From positions 1 through 64,000 of the IMG/VR virus record IMGVR_UViG_3300037400_002732: DNA of 64,000 nucleotides; one strand, 5' to 3'. Shown here one piece after another: positions 17,814 through 25,441 of the stretch. The notes beneath the pieces were generated by a model. That model did no database searches. It was not told the DNA's origin and saw only the letters and a list, made by a program, of their open reading frames with translations. The stretch is from a virus (Duplodnaviria > Caudoviricetes). Within the stretch, counting starts at the first letter, position 1. The number at the start of each line of letters is the position of its first letter. The position numbers and the translations under genes were made by a program.

Positions 17814-18653
17814 ATGAACGACTTCGACGATCTTGAAAAACTCAGAAAACTCTCCCGCCCTATCGAACTTCAGGCGGACGCCGAACCAGATGACGACACA
17901 GAGGAAGAAGACCTCGGCGCAGTCGTGAACGACGACGCCATGACAGACCAGCCCTACAACCCAGAAGGCAATGTAAACGTCTACGTTGTCAACGGTGGCG
18001 GAAGTTCTGGTACGCCTAGCAAGAAAAAGCCAAGCAAGCCAGCCATATTCGAGCAAGAGCCGGGTGAAGATTCAGCCGACAGCAATGCAGAAACCGCAAT
18101 GGAATGCGGCCTCGGCCTCAAGATGGGCGGTCTCAAGCTCGGCAAGTCTCTCCGCAACAGCATGGAATGCTGCATGGACATGTGCGACCCCAACTGTGCG
18201 ATAAAATTCAACGTTGGCGACTACGTCAAGCCCACTTGCTGTGAAACCCCAGTCATCCTAGTCGTCAAATGCACGGACGGCTCCAACATCCTCACGGCCA
18301 AGCCTACCGAAGATGCAGCCCAGTGCAGCGAAACTGGATGCTGGCCGGAATTCTCGTTCGAGCAAGACGAGATCGAGCCGATGTCCGAAGTAACCCTCGA
18401 AGACATCTTCAACGTCATGAAGTTCAACGACTCTCCCAAGACGGAAGCTTTCAACGGCGGAGATTACGACGAGACCCCTATGAAGGACGCACAGAAAGGT
18501 GTCCTAAACAACCAGCGTGACAAGAAGGCAGCTACGTTCGACGATATCAACGAATTCATGGAAGACGTATTCGGCCCAGTGCCAGACTATACCGTGAAGG
18601 AAAAGATTTCGCCAGACCAGCCGGAAGAACAGACTAGAAAATTTAATTGGTAG
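17814..18653 (+). CDS. Acidic Cys-containing hypothetical late protein
   Basis: ATAAACT at 17779-17785, then ATG at 17814. Confidence 0.7.
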   Translation: MNDFDDLEKLRKLSRPIELQADAEPDDDTEEEDLGAVVNDDAMTDQPYNPEGNVNVYVVNGGGSSGTPSKKKPSKPAIFEQEPGEDSADSNAETAMECGLGLKMGGLKLGKSLRNSMECCMDMCDPNCAIKFNVGDYVKPTCCETPVILVVKCTDGSNILTAKPTEDAAQCSETGCWPEFSFEQDEIEPMSEVTLEDIFNVMKFNDSPKTEAFNGGDYDETPMKDAQKGVLNNQRDKKAATFDDINEFMEDVFGPVPDYTVKEKISPDQPEEQTRKFNW

Positions 18654-18658
18654 CTAAT

Positions 18659-18763
18659 ATAAACTCATATTATATAAGTTCGTGGTGGTTCTTGTATAAT
18701 GCGTGGTAATTTTTAAATGCCAGTTGGATGCTAACCACCACTTTAAGCGTCTAACTGGCATTT
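18659..18763 (+). ncRNA. Kissing-loop 5' leader B with ATAAACT promoter
   Basis: P1 18668-18701 and P2 18715-18763; loops GUGGUGGUU / AACCACCAC are complementary. Confidence 0.7.
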
Positions 18764-18771
18764 GCTATTGT

Positions 18772-20154
18772 ATGGAACAGCAGTGCGGACGAAAGATAGG
18801 CTTACTGCCGACTAAGGCTCAGATACGGACGATGTACCGTATGTGTGCAGTCGCTCGTCACGCATATAACTGGAAGCTCGCTGTCCAGAATCAAGCCTAC
18901 GAGGAAGCCAAGAAGAACACACCAGAAGGTGAAAAGCCAAAGTGTAAGCTCGGTACTCCTATTGACTGGCATAAGGAATGGTGCATCCACAAGAAGCTCC
19001 CAGAAAACAAGTGGATGACAGAAGTATCCAAGTTCTGCGGCCAAGAGGCCCTAATCGACCTCGGTTCCGCATGGAAGCGGTTCTTCAAGGGTCTAGCCAA
19101 GCATCCACGGTTCCATAAGTACGGCGTAGACGAATCGTTCCGGTGTTCTGGCGGAGTATTCATTGGTCGTGATTTCGTTCAGTTGCCTACGCTCGGCAGA
19201 GTAAGACTAGCCGAGAAGGATTACATCAAGATACCGGACGGTGTGGTGAAGACTCCGATTGCGATGGCTACAGTATCAGTAGACCCTACTGGTCACTGGT
19301 CGATATCGTTCGCCTACCATGTCGATGTAGAACCACTTTATTCGCCCAATACCGAAATTACTTCCGATGACATCGAAGGCATCGACCTCGGTGTGAAGGA
19401 TTCTGGAATCACTTCTAGTGGAATAGTATATTCCAATCCGAAGGCATACCGACGCTATATAGCTCGTATCAAGAGATTGCAGAAGGCAATATCTAGGAAA
19501 CGCAAGAAGTCAAAGAACCGCAAGAAGGCTAGTAAGCGGTTAGCCAAGACTTGGCACAAGGTCACCTGTATCAGAGTGAACCATGCTCACCAGATGACTT
19601 CCGACCTAACTTACAAGTTGAAGCCAAAGATGATTGTGATGGAGACACTTCGACCAGGTAATATGACGAAGAACCACAATCTTGCATCCAGTATCCTAGA
19701 TGCCAATTTCGGTAGAATCAAGGAATTTCTTAAATACAAGTGCCAATGGCTTGGTATCAATCTCATCTTTGCTCCGCAGTTCTATGCAAGCAGTCGATAC
19801 TGCTCGCACTGTGGATGCTACCATAATGACAATTTAACTCTCGCTGACCGTGAATGGACATGCCCGGTATGCGGCTGTCATCATGACCGTGACGCCAATG
19901 CGGCGGTCAACCTCAAATTCTATGGTCAGTGGTTGGCTGGACTCGTCCAGACCGACGAAAATGTTGCGGCGCGATTAGCCGTAGGCGGATGTTCCGCCGA
20001 TGCTTGCCCTTCTGTATATCAGAAGGAAGGTATGACTTTTGTCAACCCCAGAGACCGGAGGTTACAGTTCTTCCTAACGGATGAATCGTGCCGGACTATG
20101 AAGCAAGAACTCAATACATATTATAAACCATACAATAGTATAAACTATGGTTAA
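18772..20154 (+). CDS. tnpB: TnpB RNA-guided RuvC nuclease (IS200/IS605 or IS607 type), no tnpA
   Basis: HTH_OrfB-like N-terminus (ARHAYNW), GIDLGVK RuvC-I, VMETL RuvC-II, CSHCG..CPVCG Zn finger, DRDANAAVNL RuvC-III. Confidence 0.92.
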   Translation: MEQQCGRKIGLLPTKAQIRTMYRMCAVARHAYNWKLAVQNQAYEEAKKNTPEGEKPKCKLGTPIDWHKEWCIHKKLPENKWMTEVSKFCGQEALIDLGSAWKRFFKGLAKHPRFHKYGVDESFRCSGGVFIGRDFVQLPTLGRVRLAEKDYIKIPDGVVKTPIAMATVSVDPTGHWSISFAYHVDVEPLYSPNTEITSDDIEGIDLGVKDSGITSSGIVYSNPKAYRRYIARIKRLQKAISRKRKKSKNRKKASKRLAKTWHKVTCIRVNHAHQMTSDLTYKLKPKMIVMETLRPGNMTKNHNLASSILDANFGRIKEFLKYKCQWLGINLIFAPQFYASSRYCSHCGCYHNDNLTLADREWTCPVCGCHHDRDANAAVNLKFYGQWLAGLVQTDENVAARLAVGGCSADACPSVYQKEGMTFVNPRDRRLQFFLTDESCRTMKQELNTYYKPYNSINYG

Positions 20155-20186
20155 CGCAAATATATTGAGAAATCGGAGCCCTATAA

Positions 20187-20516
20187 ATGAAGCCAAAGCT
20201 TTTCTTTGATAGCGGTTGCCCAGTCTGCTCCGAATACAAGAGGCTTGTCAAGAACAAGCTCGGCGATTCGGTCGAGTACGTACCCATCGAGGCGTACAAG
20301 AGCGACTTCGAATACAATGACGCCAACGGAAAGAAGTACGTAGGTTCAAAGGCTGTCGAGAAGTTGTCGGAAGACTTTCCGGCAATCAAGGACTACGTTT
20401 GGATCCTTCCGGAAAAACTGAAAGTTACTGGACTGAAGGTTGCATACAAGGTAGGCAGCGTCGTCCGCAAGACTATCGCCACGGTGCATCACGGTTGCAA
20501 CTGCGGCAAGCACTAG
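20187..20516 (+). CDS. Thioredoxin/glutaredoxin-fold protein (DCC-like)
   Basis: LFFDSGCPVC motif. Confidence 0.7.
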   Translation: MKPKLFFDSGCPVCSEYKRLVKNKLGDSVEYVPIEAYKSDFEYNDANGKKYVGSKAVEKLSEDFPAIKDYVWILPEKLKVTGLKVAYKVGSVVRKTIATVHHGCNCGKH

Positions 20517-20541
20517 AATTGACCTCCTATGTTAATACAAC

Positions 20542-20566
20542 AAAGCCAGTCGAAAGACTGGCTTTT
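20542..20566. terminator. Bidirectional terminator
   Basis: AAAGCCAGTC-GAAA-GACTGGCTTTT. Confidence 0.85.
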
Positions 20567-20569
20567 CCG

Positions 20570-21112
20570 TTATTTGTCGTTGGCGTCCGTCGAGTACATT
20601 TCCCGGAACTTGTCTATGGTCAAATCGGTATCGACTTGCCGTTCGGCACTCTGTCTGAGAATGTCATCGATACGGTGCAACAAGTCATCCTTGCATTCGG
20701 ACAATACCGCATAGGCCAAGTCATTGTAGTTGGTATTGATCAAGTCCATTTCGTGACGGTGCCGCCTCATGAAATAGCTTACATAAGGGCCGATGTTAAT
20801 CACGAGACGGTCTGGACGTTCACCGACAGATTGGTTGAACACTACTGGCTTGATGTCGTTTGCCGTGCCGAAATAGATTCGTAGCAATGCGCCAGCCACA
20901 AGCAAGGTCAGTCCCTTCGGAACCATCGTCACGTTGCTACGTTCGGCGAGAACCTTGCCGAGACGGCCTTCACGATATTCATTCTCGATTCGATTCCATA
21001 TTCGCTCTCCCATCGTCGCCGTCGGGATCTGCTTGTACAGATCGAGGATGGCTTCGCATAGTGACTTATCGTCACCGCAAAGCTCGTTAATCATGTTGAC
21101 CATCGTTACCAT
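20570..21112 (-). CDS. Hypothetical late protein
   Basis: 180 aa; ATAAACT at 21139-21145 (minus). Confidence 0.7.
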   Translation of the reverse strand: MVTMVNMINELCGDDKSLCEAILDLYKQIPTATMGERIWNRIENEYREGRLGKVLAERSNVTMVPKGLTLLVAGALLRIYFGTANDIKPVVFNQSVGERPDRLVINIGPYVSYFMRRHRHEMDLINTNYNDLAYAVLSECKDDLLHRIDDILRQSAERQVDTDLTIDKFREMYSTDANDK

Positions 21113-21127
21113 AAGCTGTCCAGTGAA

Positions 21128-21514
21128 TTACACTAGTGAGTTTATCAGCTGCAGCGTGTCTTCGCCGTCGTGCATGAGAATGATTGGCATCCTCTCATAC
21201 AAGTTCGGTAGTGAGCCAAGCGTATTGTAGTCAAACCACTCTTGAGCCATTTCCTCCGGATCGTCGTCTGGGTCGCAGTCCTTGGCGAACATCTTTGCCA
21301 AGCATTGAATGCAGAGGTCGGCGTCGTACACCGCGACAAGAACGTTGCATGGCTTCGGTCGTTTCTTCGACTTGCGGAACCTACGGACATACATGCCTAC
21401 GATGGCATCGTCCATGTCGTCTATGAAATAAACGGTCTGGTTCTTGGAAGCCGCAACCTTCTTCTCGATATCGGCCTTTGTGGCCTTGATGTACTTCGGT
21501 GGTTTTCTCAACAT
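21128..21514 (-). CDS. Hypothetical phage protein
   Basis: 128 aa; DDAIVG..AVYD..EWFDYNTLG resembles a common phage family. Confidence 0.7.
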   Translation of the reverse strand: MLRKPPKYIKATKADIEKKVAASKNQTVYFIDDMDDAIVGMYVRRFRKSKKRPKPCNVLVAVYDADLCIQCLAKMFAKDCDPDDDPEEMAQEWFDYNTLGSLPNLYERMPIILMHDGEDTLQLINSLV

Positions 21515-21517
21515 AGT

Positions 21518-22390
21518 CTACCCGATGGCTATCTTGGTTCCGCTGACCGGAGCCAAGTATTTTAACGTCACATGGAGCTGGCCCAGTTCAAACTTGCAGT
21601 CGATGTCGCCACGATCCACGGGTCTGTCGATGCGGTAGAGAACTGTGTGCGTTCCGAGTAGAAAGTTAGGAATATTTATCTGCGCTTGCCACTTGTTTTC
21701 TTCTTTTTTACGTTTACCGCCCTTTTTCGTGCCCTTCGGAGCAGACTGCTTCGCTTCGGCGGACATCATCGATACACGAGGTTCGCGCTTGAACGTGACG
21801 GCAACCTCGTTGTTCTGCGTAAGAACAAGGTCGATATCTTCCTTGGGTATGCCAGGAAGATCAACGAAAAGATGGAACTCGGTATCGGTCATCACGATTT
21901 CAGACGGCGGCTCCGGCAACAATCCTTGCATCGGAGGCGGTTGCTGAGGCTGATTGTTGATAGGAATCGGCATGCCTTGCGGCGGCTGTTGCGGAGGCGG
22001 CTGCTGCATATAAGGCTGTTGAGGCGGCGATGGCGGCGCGTAGTTCGGAGCCATCTGTCCATAAGCAGCTGGTTGCATGGGAGTCCCCGGCGGAAGCTGC
22101 TGTGTCTGTACACCTACACCTCGTCCACGCGGCGGTGCCGAGCTCGGAGGAAGGCCCACGCGACGGTTGAAAGCATCGCTGTTCCTTGCTACTTCATTCG
22201 CCATTTCATCAATGATTCTCGGATTGATCGGAGTTCCACTACCGTCGCTCAATCCGTTGCTGATTACAGATGTATAGTCTGGTTGACCAGTAAAAATAAG
22301 AGTATCGCTCATATCTGACCTTGCTTTAATGTATTCGACATCCACCTTGTGGCCACGAAATAATCCGCTTATAAAGTTCAATAATCCCAT
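21518..22390 (-). CDS. Hsp20/alpha-crystallin domain protein with a Pro/Gln-rich linker
   Basis: FHLFVDLPGIPKEDIDL..IDCKFELGQLHVTL. Confidence 0.75.
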   Translation of the reverse strand: MGLLNFISGLFRGHKVDVEYIKARSDMSDTLIFTGQPDYTSVISNGLSDGSGTPINPRIIDEMANEVARNSDAFNRRVGLPPSSAPPRGRGVGVQTQQLPPGTPMQPAAYGQMAPNYAPPSPPQQPYMQQPPPQQPPQGMPIPINNQPQQPPPMQGLLPEPPSEIVMTDTEFHLFVDLPGIPKEDIDLVLTQNNEVAVTFKREPRVSMMSAEAKQSAPKGTKKGGKRKKEENKWQAQINIPNFLLGTHTVLYRIDRPVDRGDIDCKFELGQLHVTLKYLAPVSGTKIAIG

Positions 22391-23202
22391 TATTCACCAC
22401 AGGCCGTCCTTAGCTCTGCGACTTCCTTAAGCCCTCTCAGTTTAGCAATGGCCTTGGCTCGGATTCTCCTTACCATTTCCTTGCTGATCCGTCGTTCGGC
22501 GGATATTTCGCTGACAGTGTACTCGGAACCGTCAAGAGCATACAATCTTCGTAGTAAATTATTCTCTTCTGCGCTCAAGTTGTCTTCCATCACTTCGCGG
22601 AGCTTGTCCTTGAGGAAGTTTTCGCCATGTTCGGCATCGGTCTGAAGGTCGGACGCTATCGTGTCGCCTACTGTCGTGTGGGTGGCCGAATGGTCGTTAT
22701 TTTCACCTACCATGGCGGAGAACGACGTAGTTTCCCTCAATGCGTTCTCTGCCAGTACGCCATACTTGATTCCGTCCACGCGGCTTCCCTTCTTCTTGGC
22801 CGATAGGACTCGATTTCGCTGCATGACCGGAACACGGACAAGGTCACTCGTATTAAGCATCATCTGCATGTGGCGGCGAACCTCGAACACTGCAAACGAG
22901 CCGAACTTGACCCCAGTTCGGTGATCGAATTTCTCGAAAGCCTCCAGCAAGCCGAGCTTGCCTTCCGAATAGAAATCGTTGATTGGCAATCCGTTCTGTC
23001 GCTTGTAGGCTTTTGCCAACGCCAGTACGAATCTGAGGTTAGACTGTATTATCGCTACCTTGATTTCTTGTTTGCGCTTGAAATCGTGCGATGCTTCGTA
23101 TTCTTCGAATAGTTTTTTCTCAGCTTCGCGGCCAAGAATCTTGTACTTTTTCGTCTCCTCAGTGAGCAGACTTGTGCTGCGATCTTCTACGTACGTTTTC
23201 AC
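22390..23202 (-). CDS. Sigma70-family RNA polymerase sigma factor
   Basis: Region 2 (SNLRFVLALAKAY, EGKLGLLEAFEKFD..G.KF), VRVP, region 4 HTH (SKEMVRRIRAKAIAKLR). Confidence 0.9.
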   Translation of the reverse strand: MKTYVEDRSTSLLTEETKKYKILGREAEKKLFEEYEASHDFKRKQEIKVAIIQSNLRFVLALAKAYKRQNGLPINDFYSEGKLGLLEAFEKFDHRTGVKFGSFAVFEVRRHMQMMLNTSDLVRVPVMQRNRVLSAKKKGSRVDGIKYGVLAENALRETTSFSAMVGENNDHSATHTTVGDTIASDLQTDAEHGENFLKDKLREVMEDNLSAEENNLLRRLYALDGSEYTVSEISAERRISKEMVRRIRAKAIAKLRGLKEVAELRTACGE

Positions 23203-23229
23203 TAATATTCTCGTGAAAAGCTAATAATA

Positions 23230-23261
23230 AATATATATAAATATAATTTGAATTGCAAATT
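23230..23261 (-). promoter_or_regulatory. Sigma70-type promoter of the sigma gene, with the 16-bp element
   Basis: TTGCAA-N17-TATATT (23230-23258); ATTTGAATTGCAAATT at 23246-23261. Confidence 0.7.
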
Positions 23262-23290
23262 TTTATGACCAATGAATAAACTGCAAAACG

Positions 23291-23617
23291 ATGACATCGC
23301 AACTAGATATACATGATCGGCTCGTGCTGAACTTGGGCCAGGAAGAATTCCGAAAGGCCGCCGTGGAGGCCGTCAGCAAGCTAACCACCATCAAGAAAAT
23401 TGACGGAAACAACCGTCGCGTATATGCCGATTTCTCTGTAACAATCAGTTCAAGCATGGACAGAAGGGACTTCGACGTATATCGTAACCGAACTAGCGTA
23501 TTGGTGCTGTCCGTAAGAAAGGACAAGGTAATCAGTATAAGTTATGAATATGTATTTATCGAAGACCACCTCAAATCACTATTGAAGGAAATTAATGGCA
23601 AAGGAACAAGGAATTGA
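23291..23617 (+). CDS. Hypothetical protein
   Basis: 108 aa; ATAAACT 8 nt before the ATG. Confidence 0.6.
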   Translation: MTSQLDIHDRLVLNLGQEEFRKAAVEAVSKLTTIKKIDGNNRRVYADFSVTISSSMDRRDFDVYRNRTSVLVLSVRKDKVISISYEYVFIEDHLKSLLKEINGKGTRN

Positions 23618-23816
23618 GATTGAGGGAGTAGTTACCGAAGAACGTGGTAGCGGCTTCTTCACGGTCGCCCTAGCTAATGGGCACCAAGTCCTCGCTCGTC
23701 TTCGCGGTAAGATGGAGAAGAAGGACAAGATAAAAGTAAACACCGACGACAAGGTTATCGTCGAACTTTCACCATACGACCTTGATCGCGGTCGTATCAT
23801 ATACCGCTACAAATAA
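23595..23816 (+). CDS. infA: Translation initiation factor IF-1
   Basis: MAKEQGIEIEGVVTE..F.V.L.NGH..LA...GKM..DKV.VELSPYDLDRGRIIYRYK. Confidence 0.95.
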   Translation: MAKEQGIEIEGVVTEERGSGFFTVALANGHQVLARLRGKMEKKDKIKVNTDDKVIVELSPYDLDRGRIIYRYK

Positions 23817-23886
23817 CATTATATTTACAAACGAAAAAAGCCGCACCGGTAGCCCGGTACGGCGTTGCTTTCATTTTTAGGGGTTC

Positions 23887-24516
23887 TTAAGCCTTCTTGG
23901 CCTTGGCCTTAGTTGCCTTGACCAATTCCTTGCGAGCTGCCTTGAGTTCGCGGAGCTTGGTCTTCCACTTGTTCAGGCGTTCATCCTTCATGATCGGCTT
24001 CTTGAGCTGCTTCAAGAGGGTAGAACGGCGACCGATCTGGCCTTCAAGCTTAGCAATGGCTTCCTCGGTACGTTCGAGAGTAGTCTTGCGCGGCTTCTTG
24101 ACCTTTTCCGGCTTGGTGACAGCCACGAGCTCGACTTCTTCAATCGGCTTCGGAGCGACTTCGACCGTCTTGCAATTTTCAAACGGTGCGACTTCTTCTG
24201 TCGAAGGTGCGGCTGGCGTTTCTGCTGGCGTTTCAGCTGGTGTTTCAGATGGGGTTTCCACTGGAACGGCATCATTCACCACGGAAACGGTAATATCCGT
24301 CTCAACGGTAGGCGTAGGCGCATCTTCCACGATAGTCGTCGGCTTTTCGCACGGCGTATCTTCGGAAGACGTTTCGGCTACGAGAGGCACGTCTCGCGCA
24401 CTTTCCCACGGATTTTCGGCCACTCCAGTCCTACGTGCCTTGCGCCATACGGCGACCCACACGACGATGAATACTAGGACAGCCACTCCCAAGACGGTTG
24501 CAACAGTTGGTGTCAT
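23887..24516 (-). CDS. Membrane-anchored protein with an acidic linker and basic C-terminal helix
   Basis: N-terminal TM helix; ETPA repeats; AGGAG SD. Confidence 0.75.
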   Translation of the reverse strand: MTPTVATVLGVAVLVFIVVWVAVWRKARRTGVAENPWESARDVPLVAETSSEDTPCEKPTTIVEDAPTPTVETDITVSVVNDAVPVETPSETPAETPAETPAAPSTEEVAPFENCKTVEVAPKPIEEVELVAVTKPEKVKKPRKTTLERTEEAIAKLEGQIGRRSTLLKQLKKPIMKDERLNKWKTKLRELKAARKELVKATKAKAKKA

Positions 24517-24555
24517 ATTTGACTCCTTTTAATGTTAACGATAACTGATGTTAAA

Positions 24556-25317
24556 TTACATTATTTCATTTTCAAGCAGAACTGAAGCAATTCGTTTAAT
24601 TACATTAGCCTTGTCGGCCTTATATTCGCTTGCCCATACGGAAATTACTGTGTAGCCCATTCCTCGAAGCACGTCCAAACGTTCTTTGTCATGTTCCCAG
24701 ATGTCCTTGGCGGTTATATTATGGTGAATAATATCGGTTGCTTGATATTTAGCTGGATTAGCATGCCAGAAATCGCCGTCATACTCAATAATGTACTTAC
24801 CAAAGGTGAAGTCCGGAAATATCCACTTGTCGCCATAAGGAATTGTTTTCATTGACTCAAGTTTACTCGCCGATTCGCCCAAGGATTGACGTAAGTCTTC
24901 GCCAAACTGTAATTGTTCCTTAGAAAAATTAGGCGATACATGTTGATTCCATACTATTGCGCCACTTTTCCACGTCTGCTTAAACCGTTCTGCACGAAGT
25001 TTTCGCTGTTCGGGATCTTTAAATTGCTCATGCGCGTTTTTACTCTGTAACGCTTTAAATTCATCCGAACGAGTCAGACCAGTCATGCCAGATATGACTT
25101 TAGCACGATATGAATCATCCTCCCACAATTTCTTAGAAGCATCTGCAGTAGCCAATTTAATCTTATCTACGGTTTCTTTTGAATGTTTACGACCGAAAAA
25201 CGGATTATTAGCCCCAGTTCGATCGCGGTGCGCGTTGCAATAGCCAGATTTATTTTTGTCACTTATACGGCAACCACACTTCAAGCAATGCTTATTCAAT
25301 TTATGTCCACTAGCCAT
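24556..25317 (-). CDS. Putative homing endonuclease: NUMOD3 DNA-binding motif plus Vsr/DUF559-like nuclease
   Basis: CLKCG..YCNAH; NPFFGRKHSKET (NUMOD3); FPDF..IIEYDGDFWH..D..R...GYTVISVWASE. Confidence 0.8.
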   Translation of the reverse strand: MASGHKLNKHCLKCGCRISDKNKSGYCNAHRDRTGANNPFFGRKHSKETVDKIKLATADASKKLWEDDSYRAKVISGMTGLTRSDEFKALQSKNAHEQFKDPEQRKLRAERFKQTWKSGAIVWNQHVSPNFSKEQLQFGEDLRQSLGESASKLESMKTIPYGDKWIFPDFTFGKYIIEYDGDFWHANPAKYQATDIIHHNITAKDIWEHDKERLDVLRGMGYTVISVWASEYKADKANVIKRIASVLLENEIM

Positions 25318-25323
25318 AAAAAA

Positions 25324-25425
25324 ATCCTACCGGAACTAGCCCTTCCGATAGGATACAACACGCCTAAGCGTGTTTAAACTTAACTACATATCAGCAAGGG
25401 CTAGTTGCTTTTAATAGAAGTTTAT
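25324..25425 (-). ncRNA. Kissing-loop 5' leader C with ATAAACT promoter
   Basis: P1 loop ACUAGCCCU (25397-25405); P2 25324-25354 with loop AGGGCUAGU; extra hairpin at 25357-25374. Confidence 0.65.
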
Positions 25426-25441
25426 ATGATGTCGAGTTGAC

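Larger units (their letters stand above)
18659..20157 (+). mobile_element. Non-autonomous tnpB element; omega-RNA expected to overlap the tnpB 3' end
   Basis: tnpB without a transposase; ~80-aa non-conserved C-terminal tail; 3' hairpin AACCATA..TATGGTT at 20126-20152; ends inferred. Confidence 0.5.

Noticed and set aside
18703-18771. Upstream GTG start for TnpB given by the ORF track
   Set aside because: It precedes the 18-bp leader hairpin and adds residues unlike TnpB; ATG 18772 matches the layout of the other two leaders
24200-24260. Short tandem repeats (ETPA; also DPKPEQK near 58650-58700)
   Set aside because: Ordinary low-complexity protein linkers, not a DNA-level repeat system
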